Source of the DNA: Octopus sinensis
Lineage: Eukaryota
NCBI RefSeq assembly: GCF_006345805.1
Contig: NC_042997.1
Coordinates: forward strand, 78,554,001-78,618,000
Reading direction: 5' to 3'
DNA length: 64,000 bases
The stretch's first letter is position 1; the number at the start of each line of letters is the position of its first letter. Of the stretch, positions 43,225 through 57,082 are shown in pieces. The notes under the pieces were generated by a model. It searched no databases. It was not told the DNA's origin and was given only the letters and a program-made list of their open reading frames with translations. The translations under genes and the position numbers were made by a program.

Positions 43225-44124
43225 TTGTACAAGTTGGTTCCAAGTCTCACCCAGAGACCTCAAGAGACAACAAGTTGAAAGTTCATGTTGGTGTTCTGCC
43301 TAAGGTGCCATATATTTGGTTTTGTACATAGTGTTGTTCTAGAGAATGTTTAAGAAACCATAAGAAAATTGTGTTTGTTTTAGAACTTGAAATTACATAG
43401 AAAGTATTTTGCGTTGGATATGAGCAGTTCCCATGAGCACTATCTTTTGAATTTCTGCCATTTTGGGGTTTCCTGGTATCTGAGCTAGGTAGGAATCGGC
43501 TCCTTTTGCTGTCATTTCCAGGGCACCTATGACAACAGATATTGTTTTAGTCTTCAGGTTCCACATTTTGCTAATTTCTATTTCAAGATCTTTATACTTG
43601 CTCAGTTTTGGGTAGGTCTTGTCAGATACGTTTATATCGATTGGGACAGTCATATCAATGAGGAGGCATGATTTTTGTCTGAAGTCTTTCAGTATGATGT
43701 CTGGCCTATTTGCATCTATCTTTCTGTCAGTTTGAATGGTGAAGTTCCAGAGGAGTGAGATGTGATCATTTTCAAGCACTGGAGGTGGTTTGTGTTCCCA
43801 CCAGTTTTTATCATGAGGTAAGTCCAGGCTTTAGCAAATTACCCAGTGAATATATTGTGCAGCTCTATCATGCCTTTAGAGATACTCAGTAGGCGCAAGA
43901 AGACGGCACTTGGAGACAACATGATCAATGGTTTTATTTTGTTGTTGACATACACGACATGTTGGGTTACTGCCGTTCTTTAATATGTTGGCCTGGTAGT
44001 TCCTTGTAGGTAGGCATTGATCTTGAGCTGCTATGATAAACCATTCTGTTTCAGATTTTAAGCCATTGATGTGTAAGGGCTTTGTCAACATCGGCATTAT
44101 TCGCTCTCTTTGGTATTTGCCATT
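43225..44124 (-). mobile_element. 5'-truncated R4/Dong-like copy, same family as 51412-54590
   Basis: AAQDQCLPTRNY...CRVC...HVVSKC; ANRPDIILKD...IDMTVP...KYKDLEIE. Shares its 3' UTR with 51412. Confidence 0.9.
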
Positions 44125-44129
44125 ATTAC

Positions 44130-44180
<51 letters not shown>

Positions 44181-44187
44181 CATTATT

Positions 44188-44249
<62 letters not shown>

Positions 44250-44252
44250 AGA

Positions 44253-44291
<39 letters not shown>

Positions 44292-44384
44292 AGAAGAAGA
44301 AGAAGAGAAGAAGAAGAGAAGAAGAAGAAGAAGAAGAAGAAGAAGAAGAAGAAGAAGAAGAACAACAACAACAACAACAACAAC

Positions 44385-45689
44385 GTAAAAGCTATAGCCC
44401 ATGACATTATTCCACATTCATGGATAAGTGAGTGCCTGAATATATTTAGTACTGCCGACAACATAAGCGAGTTACTTAGCTAAAGCATGAAGAAATGGAA
44501 AGTAGATCTCTATTCAGGTGATGCAGACTTAGGGAAAGTTAATATCAAGAGAGGATTTTCCCAGGGATACTCATCATCCCCTTTAATATGTGTGTTATGT
44601 TTAATTCCATCAGTATTAAGAAAGGTAAAGGCGAGGTATCAGTTTAGGAATAGTGAAGGAAAAATTAACCATTTGCTCTCTATTGATTTATTAAAAATAG
44701 AAAAGAGGTAGATTCCTTAATACAAACTCTTCAACAAAGGTAACAAAGGTAACAAAGGTGTGGAATTTGGCATAGATAAGCGTACAATATTAGTTATAGA
44801 AAAGGAACAGGTAGTCAGCAGTGACGGCATTCAATTACTAGATGGCCAGGCATTAAAATCACTGAAAGGAGAAAGTTATAAGTATCTAGGAATATTAGAA
44901 TCTGACAGAGTACTAACTATAGAAGCGAAAACAAAAATTAAGAAAGAGTACATCAAAAGGTTGAGGAAGCTAATGAAGTCAAAAGCTAAATGGTTTGAAT
45001 CCAGTGAAGGCTGTAAATACTGGGGCAGTATCATTACTTAGATATCCAGCAGTTTTTGTAGATTGAACAAAATCTGAATTAGCAGGAAGGAATTCAATAT
45101 GAATGGAGGACTTCATCCAAGAACAGGAGCAGCAAGACTATATTTATCTAGAAAGGAAGGTGGTAGAGGTTTAATATCAGTAGAAGACAGTATGGAGTTA
45201 GCTAGAGAAGATATAGGCCCCTATGTAGGTAATAGTGGAGAAAGCAAAAAGCGAAATGTAATTAAAAACCAGAAAAAAGAAGCAAGATTATCTGACTGGC
45301 AAGAGAAGACTTTGCATGGTAGATTCCCAAAGACAGTTGCAGAAAATAGTAATAGTGAGACATGGTTGTGGTTGCTGAAAGAGAGGCTGAAAAGGGAGAC
45401 AGAAAATTTGTTAGTAGCAGCATTATATCAAGCATTGAGGACTAATTGGATGAAAGTCAAGATAGAAAAAAAAACAGGTAGATGCCCAATGTAAGTAATG
45501 TAAATCAAATGAGGGAAGTGTTGGCACACAAAGAATACAACAAACGACATGACAACTTAGGGAGTTATGTAGAAAGCTAGGATGAGTGGTATGAGCATGA
45601 ACTTAGTAAAGTGCAAGAAATTAAGAAATATAAGATGTGGAATTTTAACATCCAGACCGACTGAGTAATAGAAGTTACACGGCCTGATT

Positions 45690-45740
<51 letters not shown>

Positions 45741-46017
45741 GCAAAGAGAATTGAAAGTGCCAGACCCTAAATGATGAGAAAGCCAATATCAGAAGTATAG
45801 GGAAAATAACAAATTAGCAAGACCTATCCCTTGAGTTACAGAGGCTATAAAAAGTGAGGGTAAAATGTATCCCTGAAGTTATAGGTGCATTGGGAAATAT
45901 TCCTAAAGATTTGAACAGATGGATGGAGAAAATAGGCATAAAACCTAGTTTAACGCAGCTGCAGGTAACAATATTATTAGGGACAGCTAGGATACTTAAG
46001 AAGGTTCTTAGCATTTA
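44385..46017 (+). mobile_element. R4/Dong-like LINE (RT to RLE), same family as 38760-39815
   Basis: HDIIPHSWISEC; YQFRNSEGKINHLL; YKYLGILESD; LHGRFP; TRPDLV; LGTARILKKVLSI*. Confidence 0.85.
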
Positions 46018-46078
46018 AGGTTACAAATTATGTAGCCCAATTTAAAGCATTTTTTCTAATTTGTTGTGTGTATATGAA

Positions 46079-46455
46079 ATAATCCTTTTCTACTATAGGC
46101 ACAAGACCTGAAACTTTGAGGGAGGGGGTCAGTTGATTGCATCGACCACAGTACTCAACTGGTACTTATTTTACCGGCCCCGAAAGGATGAAAGGCAATG
46201 TCGACCTCGGCGGAATTTGAACTTTAGAACGTGAAGACAGACGAAATACTTATTTCTTTACTACCCACAAGGGGCTAAACACAGAGAGGACAAACAAGGA
46301 CAGACAAACGGATTAAGTCGATTATATCGACCCCAGTGCATAACTGGTACTTATTTAATCGACCCCGAAAGGATGAAAGCAAAGTCGACCTCGGCGTTAT
46401 TTGAACTCAGAACGTAACGGCAGACGAAATACCGCTAAGCATTTTGCCCAGCTGT
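46079..46455 (-). mobile_element. Two tandem or nested tRNA-SINE copies
   Basis: CGACCCCGAAAGGATGAAAGGCAAAGTCGACCTCGGCGG-type core occurs twice, with two different 3' tails. Confidence 0.8.
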
Positions 46456-46699
46456 ACTAAGAAAGGTTATATTTACCACGAAACGCGAAACTCAAAGTAG
46501 AGATTGAAGTGTTCTTCAATGACAAGTTAAAAGTCTTCCGACTTGGAAAACAAGTCATTCCGCTCTCCTTTCATTTTTGTTTTTGTTTTGAGGTTGTTGT
46601 TTGTTTACTTTATCAATCTACTATGCTTTTAATAGATCATAGATGTAATTTATGTTGAAGTCCTGCTTAAACGTCTGGGTTCGTCATCAAGTGCAAAGG

Positions 46700-47300
46700 G
46701 AGTTTTGAAAGGAAATTTCTTGGTCAACATTCGGCGATGAAAAGGATGTCATTCAGGAACCAATCTTCGAAATGAATCTTTGTAATACAAATTTTGAAAT
46801 TGCCTTCCAAATAACAGGGCAGATAATGTCATAATGATTCGGTGAAGCGCATTCAGATTTAGGGAGAGATATATACGCAAATCCTTAAGTCTGCAAACCC
46901 TGGATACGTTATCATCAAGCAAGAATGATAGAAAGGAATTTCTACATAAGGCATTCAAGGATAGGCTAACATTATTACCTTTCAGGCATTTTTCCAAGTA
47001 AGCCAATTTCGTCTTCATTGAATATGGCAAAATACCTCACTCTTAAATAATATATTTTCAACATTTCGTGAGAATCACTTGCTGCACATAGATCAGAAAT
47101 CACTGCTTCGTCTGGCATTTTAATATTGAATACATTTGCCCCTAACTTTTAAAACTATTGTGTTGTGAGAAATTCCTCTTCGCAATCATTTTTGCTTGCT
47201 ACACGTGAAATTTTTAAATACACCAAGTTTAAGAAGCGTATTGCAAAGGTTAAGACGCTCTAACTAAATTACTAATTACTTTCATTAGACCCGAGTCTTT
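46700..47300 (-). mobile_element. Possible highly degenerate CR1/L2-like RT remnant
   Basis: VSRVCRLKDLRIYLSLNLN resembles the VKDLGVxxSxNL thumb motif. Weak otherwise. Confidence 0.3.
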
Positions 47301-47510
47301 TACATACTGCCTTATTCTCACAATATCAGCCACCGCCACCTCGTCATAAGTTCCCATGATGACGACGAACAACAGATCCACCTTCATTTTGATGCAACAG
47401 TAATGATCATAAAATAGTATTGGCTTCCTGGTATTCATTACTATTCTGATATCGAGATTGCCCAGGTTCATAGAGAAATCCCAAGATCTAAAAAAGATTT
47501 GAGAAATAAA

Positions 47511-47560
<50 letters not shown>

Positions 47561-47623
47561 AATATCCCTTTAATACTATGAGCGCTATTCACACATACAT
47601 ATCAGTATCTTTATATGTATATA

Positions 47624-48573
47624 CTAGCAGCATAGCCCGGCGTTGCCCGGGTATGCCCCTAGTAGGCAACGACTAATCCCAATCTAGTCCTTTCCCTCTA
47701 GGGAACGAAGGCGCATGTGTAGGTTGCAATGTCTTCTCTTCACTCGAATACTTCTGTGTATACGATGTTCCTAGCTGTCCCTTTGGGCAAAAACATGAAA
47801 ACATCATTGCGCCTCCCAACGCGTGAACAGCCCACGTAGAGTTGACCGTGGGCGAAGCACTGTTCGCCCAACTGTAACCCAGCGACTTGTAGCGTTTGGC
47901 CTTGGGATTTATTGATGGACATTGCGAAGCAGAGTTTAACAGGAAACTGAGAACGCCTAAAGTGGATTGGTAGGTCAGCGCCCGACGGTTGAAGGTGCAT
48001 GCGTGGAATGAAGACGTTCTCTCCCTTCCCACAACCGGTAAGTATTGTGGCCGTTATTAAATGTGGTGGCAAATGTTTCACAACCAGACGTGTGCCGTTG
48101 CACTGTTTAGGTGGAACCAAATTCCTGATGAGCATAATGGTCGCACCGACTTTTAACTTCAGGATGTGTGGCGACAGGCCTGGCGGTTCAAGTGAATTCA
48201 GGAATTTAACAGGATAATCGGCAAGTTCGCCGGGGTCTGCTGTCCTATCAATAGATTTGTAGACGTGGACATCACCAGGAATAGCTTCAAGTAGCTGGAT
48301 ATTGATGGAGTTGAGAGTTAAAAAGGTCGAGTTGCGTCCCCTAGACAGTCTGTGGTTTGTGTTTCTGATTCTCGACCCCATGTCGAATTTATCGATTTTT
48401 TTCAGAACTTGGGGAACTTTTCAAACTTTTCGCTGCGTTAGTTTTGAATTATGACATTGGGCTATGTATGTGTCAAGTTTCATCAGAATCGGTTGAAAGC
48501 CGTGATCAGGGTGAGGGTACAACCTGACAGACACACAGACACACAGACAGACAAACTGCCGTTTATATAGAGA
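47624..48573 (-). mobile_element. Non-autonomous Helitron with helicase fragment
   Basis: 5' TCTCTATATAAACGGC; 3' CCCGGGCAACGCCGGG hairpin and CTAG at 47624-47627. Confidence 0.85.
47740..48381 (-). pseudogene. Helitron RepHel Pif1 helicase C-terminal fragment (open, 213 aa)
   Basis: LNSLEPPGLSPHILKLKVG, CNGTRLVV, RRSQFPVKLCFAMSINKSQGQTL, HGQLYVGCSRVG, NIVYTEV. Confidence 0.9.
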
Positions 48574-48687
48574 TAGATATACAAATATTTGTACATGTAT
48601 ATCTTCGATTTTAGAAAAAATTACCAACATACTTATGTATTTTATATTTATGCATATGCCTCCATAACGATGTGATACCAGCAAATA

Positions 48688-48805
<118 letters not shown>

Positions 48806-50230
48806 TAGTTTTTGTTAATGATCAGCTCTGTGTCGTCCCTCAGCAAAGCGTATGACCATCATATTTTTCTGCTACATTATTCAATATATTCTCCCGGGGT
48901 TGTTTCTTTAATTTTTTTTTAAGATAATTGGGTGTGATATCATGGAAGCTATGCTGCTATTGAAATCGAGCCTAGGAGCAAAACATTGCAACAGATTTTT
49001 ACCTTGTTTTTTACTAGTCACATTATTTTGCATCCACCTCAACACGTGATGCGTAGCATCTTATAAGTCATCGACTCTAGCCTAACAATTAGGCTGTTTT
49101 CGTTACTGTGTATGGTGATGTCTCTGCACGCGACTTCTCCTTACAACTACTCAACTACCACAGCTACTATCATCACTACAGCCATTTTCTTTTATCTAGG
49201 CGATCAATTAAGCTTGAAGATCGTATGTCAATCTCAAGTGCATATGATTGTGGACATAGACTTATCGAATCACTACAGCAATTCTCTTAATTGGACAAAT
49301 TGCTTTTATTTCACGTGATTTTGATGATAGGAACTGGTATGAGTTGTGGTTAGTAGTTGATAGAGGCATACACGTGCAAACATATGTACAAATAGTCAAG
49401 CATATCCGATTGCCCACATACACATTAGAAACAAATTCTCCAACATACTTTTTTTAAAAAATCAACTAGGTTGCAACTGTGTGAAAGAAATAGAGAAATA
49501 AACTCAGTGATAAAAACATTAGTTTATGAAATGAACATATCACTTGATAATTAGCTAAAACATTGTTCGAAAACATAAAAATAATGTATACCCTCTATAC
49601 CATATTGAATTTCGAAATAGAGCAGACATAATAATGTCAGTACATAATATAAGAGCATTAGCGTGGTTTCAATAGTCGTTATTCTACAGCCGATAGCGAA
49701 ATAGAATATTCACGGAACAATTAGATCCATAAGATATTATAAGTAGGCCTTACTTTTGCATAGAAATATCACAGAAAGAATTGTACGAATTGTGAACCAA
49801 TCCCACGCAAATGTTTTTGTCGCATAACTTATCAAGAAAGAACATCTTGCATTATGAAACAGTCCAGAGTATAGATAAATGGTTTGAAAAGCATTGAAAC
49901 AATTACATTGATATCAGTTGTTCAGTTGTCGAACTGAACGGCCACTTATCAGAACCTGTTCTTAACGCACACTCGATTCATCAAAGATGCGCTCTTTAAT
50001 TTCTCCCATACGTTTTTGTGTTCGACGCAGTACTGCAAAAGTGGAAGTGTGTGGTGAGACATCCTGCTTTAGTTGAGATATGAGAGGGCTTTGCTAGGCA
50101 TATCAGAGATATATGATAAGTCAGAGTGCATATATTTTTTTATGTGTTACGGTTTTTGATTTACGGATGATGAAATCTCTCTCTCTCTCTCTCTCTTTTT
50201 CTTGTGTGTATATGTGTGTTTTAGTTTGTT

Positions 50231-50270
<40 letters not shown>

Positions 50271-50271
50271 T

Positions 50272-50368
<97 letters not shown>

Positions 50369-50611
50369 GGTAAGTAACTACTTGAAGAATAAATACAAGA
50401 ATTTAGCTTGGTCCGTTACTCTGAAATTTTTTCGGCGTATCTCTGGCGTATCAGACTTAACAACAGTGGGTAGAAAAGGTATAACACATCAAGAAAGAGG
50501 CAAGATAAAATAAGGTATGTAAGTATTCCTAAATAAACATACATATGCTATTGACTCGAGTTGAGATCCCAGCATTTTTTTTTCTTTTTGTTTAGGGGAG
50601 TTGGCCAGATA

Positions 50612-51345
50612 ATTATTTATTTTTTAATCTCCATGTTTGATGCCATTACTTGCTGGAACACACCCAGCGTATTGGGGCGAGTGAAAGTTAAGAGTTGCTT
50701 AAATATGACTGAAAGCTTGGGGAAGGGGATGGGGAGAGCAGTAGCGAAATACCTCCATATAATACAACACAAACATTTAAATTGATAGGGTTTTTCTAAG
50801 GATCGGGGCAGTACTTGTCAGCACAATCTTTTGGATTTCCTTCAGACATGGTTCGCCTGGGATATTGTCTAGATCTTTCTGGCATCCCTTTTTTATCATA
50901 CCTACAATAACAGAAACGTTTTTTGCTTTAAGATCCCATATCTTTTGTATTTCAATTTCCAGGTCCCTATATTTGTTAAGCATGTCAAATTCCTTTACAG
51001 ATATATTTTTATCAGTGTGGACACTCACATCTATTAGTCTACAAGTGTCTTCCCCGTCTTTAATAATTATGCCTGGTCGATTAACCTGGATTGTTCTGTC
51101 AGTGTTGACTGAAAAATGCCAGAGAATGGTGATACTTTTACCTTGAACAACTGGCTCAGGAGAGTGTTCATACCAGTTAGCTGGAGTGTCGATTTTGTGG
51201 TGCTTTCATATTTTCTAATGTAAATACTGTCCTATTCTATCGTGGTGATTTTTATATTCGTTTGGTATTCGCGCAGGACAGAGCATAACCAAATTGTCTG
51301 TTGTTTTGTAAAATGTGTTATAGAATCTGCATTCTAGGTCACCAC
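50612..51345 (-). mobile_element. R4/Dong-like RLE fragment (family B)
   Basis: YKNHHDRIGQYLH; NRPGIII; KYRDLEIEIQKIW; LTSTAPILRKTLSI*. Confidence 0.85.
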
Positions 51346-51411
51346 CATTATCGTAGTATGTTGTTGCTGTTGTTGTTGTTATTATTATTATATCTGTAAT
51401 TGTATCTGTAA

Positions 51412-54400
51412 AAGTTGGCACCAAGTCTCATCCAGAGACCTCAAGAGACAACAGGTTAGAAGTTCATGTTGGTTTTATGTCTAGGGTGTCATATATATGG
51501 TTTTGCACATAGTATTGTTCTAGAGAATGTTTAAGAAAACAAGAAAATTATGAGTTTGTTTTAAATTTGAGATTACATAGACAGTATTTTACGTAGGATA
51601 TGGGCAGTTCCCATGAGCACTATCTTTTGAATTTCTGCCGTTTTGGGGTTACCTGGTATCTGAGCTAGGTAGGAATCAGCCCCTTTTGCTATCATTCCCA
51701 GGGCACCTATGACAACAGGTATTGTTTTAGTGTTGACTTTCCACATTTTGCCAGTTTCCATTTTAAGATCTTTATACTTGCTTAGATTTTGGTTGGTCTT
51801 GACAGATACATTTATGTCGACTGGGACAGTCATATCAATGAGGAGGCTTGATTTTTGTCTGAAGTCTTTCAATATAATGTCTGGCCTATTCGCATCTGTC
51901 TTTCTGTCAGTTTGAATGGTGAAGTTTCAGAGGAGTGAGATGTGATCATTTTCAAGCACTGGAGGTGGTTTGTGTTCCCACCAGTTTTTATCATGGGACA
52001 GGTCCAGGTTTTTGCAAATTACCCAATGAATATATTGTGCTCCTCTATTATACCTGTAGGTGCAAGAAGACTGCACATGAAGACAACATGATCAATAGTT
52101 TCATTTTGTTGTTGACATATACGACATGTTGGGCTACTGCCGTTCTTTAATGTGTTGGCCTGGTAGTTTCTTGTAGGTAGGCATTGATCTTGGGCTGCTA
52201 TGATAAACCCTTCTGTTTCTGATTTTAAGCCAGAAGACACTAACCATTGATGGGTAAGGGCTTTGTCAACATCGGCACTATTAGCTCTCTTTGGGTATTT
52301 GCCATTGAGAAGTTTTTCTTGCCATTTATCATTCAGAATATCTAAGGCAGCAGTTTTAGCACGTGTTTTCATACGCTTAGCTTTTTCTGTCATTGTTTCT
52401 AGTACATCTAATTCTAGAATTTGTTGTATTTGGAATTCACTTAGATATTCCTTTGCTTGTTTTGTTACTGAGTGTGAAGTTTTCTTGTTTTCATACTTTG
52501 AGATAATTTTTAGTGTCCAGTCATCAGTCTTTCAGGTAGGTGTCTAGGCCAGTTGTGGCAGTCTTCATTGTTAATACTAGTTGTAAAAGTCTACGGCCAC
52601 CCTCTTTTCTTGAGAGGTAAAGTCGTTTTATATCTGCCTTAGGGTGGTGCATTCTATGCATTGTCAACAGTTTTCGTATATTTCTGTCAAGGTTACATAC
52701 TTCAGTATCTGACCAGTTAATGGTATTAAAACTGTAAGTCACGACCGTATTGATCGCTTCGATCCTGTTTCTTGCATTCAGCTCTGTCTTGAGTATTGCC
52801 CTTACCTTGTGATAACATTCTCTTCTGATATTTTCCCTCATCGTTGAATCTTTGATTCTGTCCCCTTCAAATAACCCTAGGTATCTGTAGCTATCCACTG
52901 GTTCCAAACCCTTTATAACATTCTGCTGGTCAAAATTAACATTGGATGTTTCTGTCATTTTTCCTTTGATAAAGGTAGCTTTTGTACATTTATAGAGGCC
53001 AAATTGCATCCTGATGTCATCACTGAATTGTTTAACAATCGCTAGTAAGCCCTGTTGTAGTTGTTGGTCAATTTTGGCAAAGAGCTTTAAATCATCCATG
53101 TAAATGAGATTATTTATCAAACATTTTATAGCCATATTGTACATCATCGAGCAATTTCGAGAGAGATATTAAGGCTAAACGAAAGAGGAGTGGTGATAGA
53201 GAGTCACTCTGGAAAATGCTACATGATATTTTTACATCTCCAGCATTAAGAGATTCATTGTCACTGCTCAAAATCAGTGTAGTTCTCCATGATCTCATAC
53301 TTACAAACAAGAAGTTTTGCAGAGTAGGTGCCGTTTTATACTTTTCCAGACATTTCTTAATCCAGCTATGTGGTAGACTATCAAAAGCTTTTGTGTCGTT
53401 TGTGACAATCTTCAAATATCATCTTATTGATGAGTATCTGATCTTTACAACCATAGGGCCCACGTTAACATCCTTTTTGCTCATTAGGGAATATGCCACT
53501 TTCTATTAAAAAAACTATAGGTTCATTTTTTGGTTCATTTGTTTCTTCATTTTTTGGTGGGGGAAATAGGAGTGTTACACCATTAACTAGCCAAGAGGGA
53601 GTCATTACTTGTTGTTAGCAGTTCATGACTCTCTGGAAAGGCATTTAACCAAAAGTAAGGAAGTTTATTCTTTCATGAAGACTTCCATTTGCTTGACTTC
53701 TCAAGAGCAGATCTTACATCTTCTACCTTGATACCCTCCCACTTTTGCTCTTCAAAGGAGTCTAATTCTCTAGTTATTCTATTAATCCAAGTGACCTTTT
53801 TATTGTGTGTTTTTTCTTCTGCCCAAATTTTATTCCAAAATTCCTGCACTTCTTCTTTTGATAGGACAGACTTTGATTTTCATCTGCTTTAGTGTTTATG
53901 GTTGTTTCAGAAAATATTTCACTTTGCTTATCAGTTACGTTAACTCTTTCAATCATTATTGCATTTTCATCAGACCTGGGTTGATCTATAATTATTTCCT
54001 CTGTAGTATCTTCTTTAGCTGCATCTTCGTTCCTTTTTATCCATTACAGATTGTTTTTCGTTTCCATAATGTTTCTTCTGACGTTGGCAAGTTTGTTACT
54101 GTCTATGTAGGGTCGTACTGCAAGGTTTTTCTGTCCCCAGTTTTAGTAGGTTTGTACAGTATTAGATTTATTTGTGGGGAAATACATGGCATGATAGAAG
54201 GCCTTGAGAACTTCTTTATTATCTCCCTTAGACCATTTTTCATTCTTTTTCTTTTAGTTAATTGATGACCAGCATGGATGGCTATCTGTTGGAATATTCC
54301 GTTTGTGGGTTACTTCCAGCTCCTGTGTTTCGGGAAGATTTGAAACAGTAGCTGATTTTTCGAATAGAATCTGGTTCATCATTCGAGTACGTGGTCCTTG

Positions 54401-54590
54401 GTGTTCCGGGTGACGGCTGATCCGGTTTGTATTTTATTTTGTTAGCATTAAGGCATGACGAGCTCGGACGTTGACATTAGGGGACGGCTCTCTATGTTTA
54501 GGGTTATTCTTTTGAGACAGCACCGCCTCCAAGTTCTCTGCATGAAAACATTGCTCGTAACATAGCTTCTTAAGGCTAACAGATCTATAT
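51412..54590 (-). mobile_element. Near-full-length eroded R4/Dong-like LINE
   Basis: N-terminal RMKWSKGDNKEV motif, EQKGC, KAFDSLPHSW, IFQSDSLSP, LIYMDDLKL, CCHC finger and RLE in collinear order. Confidence 0.88.
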
Positions 54591-54615
54591 TCGTCTGTAT
54601 GTTTTGTTGCTGTTG

Positions 54616-54653
<38 letters not shown>

Positions 54654-54659
<6 letters not shown>

Positions 54660-57000
54660 TAGTTTTATTTTTATTTTTATAGCGTGCTTTCACTTCACTA
54701 CCGAGCGCAGCTCTGTGTGCCTTGGGTATGTGCTGTGATTTGTTGTGATGCTCTGATGGTTATTGTATGGAAAGTGTTCTGCGTAGGATGTGTGCAGTGC
54801 CTAGTAGTGCAATTTTCTGTATGTTATATGTGTTTGTAAGTTCTGGTGTTTTTGTTATGTATTTGTCTGAATATTTTTTTATCATGCCTAATGCACCTAC
54901 TATGATAGGAATTGTTTCTGTTTTCAGATTCCACATTCTAGTTACCTCTATTTCCAGGTCTTTGTATTTTGAGAGTTTCTCCATTTCTTTTAGAGACACG
55001 TTGTCATCAGCCGGTATTGATACATCAATTAGAAAGCATTTTTTTCTTCATGATCTCTGACAACTATATCTGGTCTGTTGGCCTTAATTTCTCTATCTGT
55101 GTGTATCGGCATATCCCAGAGTATGGTTGCTTTCTCGTTTTCTGTGACCTTTTCTGGTGTGTGCCTATACCATCTTTTTTCTGTTGTTATTCCATAATGT
55201 TGGCATAGCTTCCAATGTATGTAGGTTCCAACTCTGTCATGTCTGTGAATATATTCCTTCTTAGCCAGGACTGGGCAGCTAGAGATAATATGATTTATTG
55301 TTTCTTGTCCATCTCCACATATTCTGCAGTTACTTGTAATATTTCTTTTCATTACATGTTTTTGGTAATTTCTGGTGGGGAGGCTTTGGTCTTGTGCTGC
55401 AATTAAAAATCCCTCTGTCTCTGCTTTGAGTCCTGAGCTTCTCAACCATTGCTGGGATTTTTCTTTGTCTATTTCTTTTGCGTTTAGTTTAGTGCAGTAT
55501 TTACCATGAAGGGGCTTTTCTTGCCATCGTTTTATCATGGTTCGTTGCTGTTCTATTTTTAGTTTGGATTTCATTTGTTTTATAGCTTTTGTTGTTTCTT
55601 CATCTTCTTCTTCATGTTAATTAGGTGGTATGATTTCTTGTTTGTATTTGTCAGCTTCCTTAAATACTGAGAACAGTTTTTTTTGTTTTCAGCCAGCTTT
55701 TTGTGCATTCCTTTTAGATATTTCAACCAGAAGTTGGGGATCTTGTCATGCCCAAGTGCCTTCCAGTTGCTTAGTCTTTGCAGTATCTGGGTGACCTCTT
55801 CAGTTGTTATGGGGGTCCAAAGTTGCTCAGATGCTGAGTTTGTTGTTTTAATACTCCTTTTTTTTTTGGTTGTTCGTTCGCCGACCATATTTCTCTCCAG
55901 AATTCTTCCACTTCTTCTGCCGTTGGTGCTGCAGTGATTTCTATTTTATTTTTGCCAGGTTCTTGGTAGAAGTTTTTGGGGTTGGAGTTGAACTGTTTGT
56001 TTTGTTCAAAGAAACGTTGGCGTTTCTCATACTGGCGGATCCTTTGTGCTTTGGCAAGGATATCTTGCTTTAGCTTTTCTTTTATCTCAGGTAAATCTTT
56101 TTCTGTGATGTTGTATTTGCGGAGTATTTTTGTTTTCTTTTTGTTGCTCAGTAGCGTTGATTGTCTACTGATTTCATTAAGAATCGACAGATCTTTTCTC
56201 ATTTTTTGTATTTTGCTTTGGATGTTATTGATCCACAGAGTTTGTTTGGGTGGTGGTACTCCTGTTTGGATGGGTTTGAGTGAGTATCCAGCTTCTTTTG
56301 TGGCTGCAGTGGCTGCTGCGTATACTAAGTCATTTAGCTCAGTGATATCGCTTTTTGTTTCAGTGGCTATTAGTTCCCTGACGGCTAGGTTTATGCTGTT
56401 TATAATTGATGTTGTTTCGTCTATTTTGATTTTTGGGAAGTATGGTCGGTGGTCCATCTTGAGATCTGTGTTTTTCAGTTCTTTGATTATTCTACTTTTT
56501 ATAGTATCATAATCATTAGGCTCCCCTTCGTTGTTTCCAGGTTTTACATTTGTGTCACTTTTTTTCACGTTCGTATGTTTGTTTGTCGTGTTTTGGCTTG
56601 CTGTTTGTCGTGTATTATTATGCATCCTTACGGTCTGGGTTTGTTGTTTTTTGTTTACATCGTGTTTGTTGGGAATGTCACGTTTGTCTTCGTGTTTTAC
56701 TGTTTCAGTGTTTATATTATTGGGCATTGTTGTGTGGCTTCTATCTACATTTTCCTGATGTATTTTTTTCTTTTAGATGTTCTATTTCTATTTCTGATAT
56801 TTTTTTGCGTTGAGAATGTATCTTCGTACGTTTGCTAGTTTATTAGGGTTCATTGCTGTATCCAAGTCTATATTTATGTTATTTTCCTTCCATATTTTAT
56901 ATGTATGTGTTGTTGTGTTTTCATTTTTTGGGTAGAGCACTGCTGTGAAGTAAGCATGTAGGATAGAAATGTATTCCTCACGTGTCCATTTATGTCTTAT
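54654..57000 (-). mobile_element. R4/Dong-like LINE with the RT core internally deleted
   Basis: RHKWTREEY N-terminus and ORF 55807-56727, then NWKALGHDKIPNFWLKY joined near 55688 to post-RT sequence (KPLHGKY, CRIC...HIISSC, RLE). Confidence 0.88.
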
Positions 57001-57024
57001 GTATTATTATTATCATTATTATTA

Positions 57025-57080
<56 letters not shown>

Positions 57081-57082
<2 letters not shown>

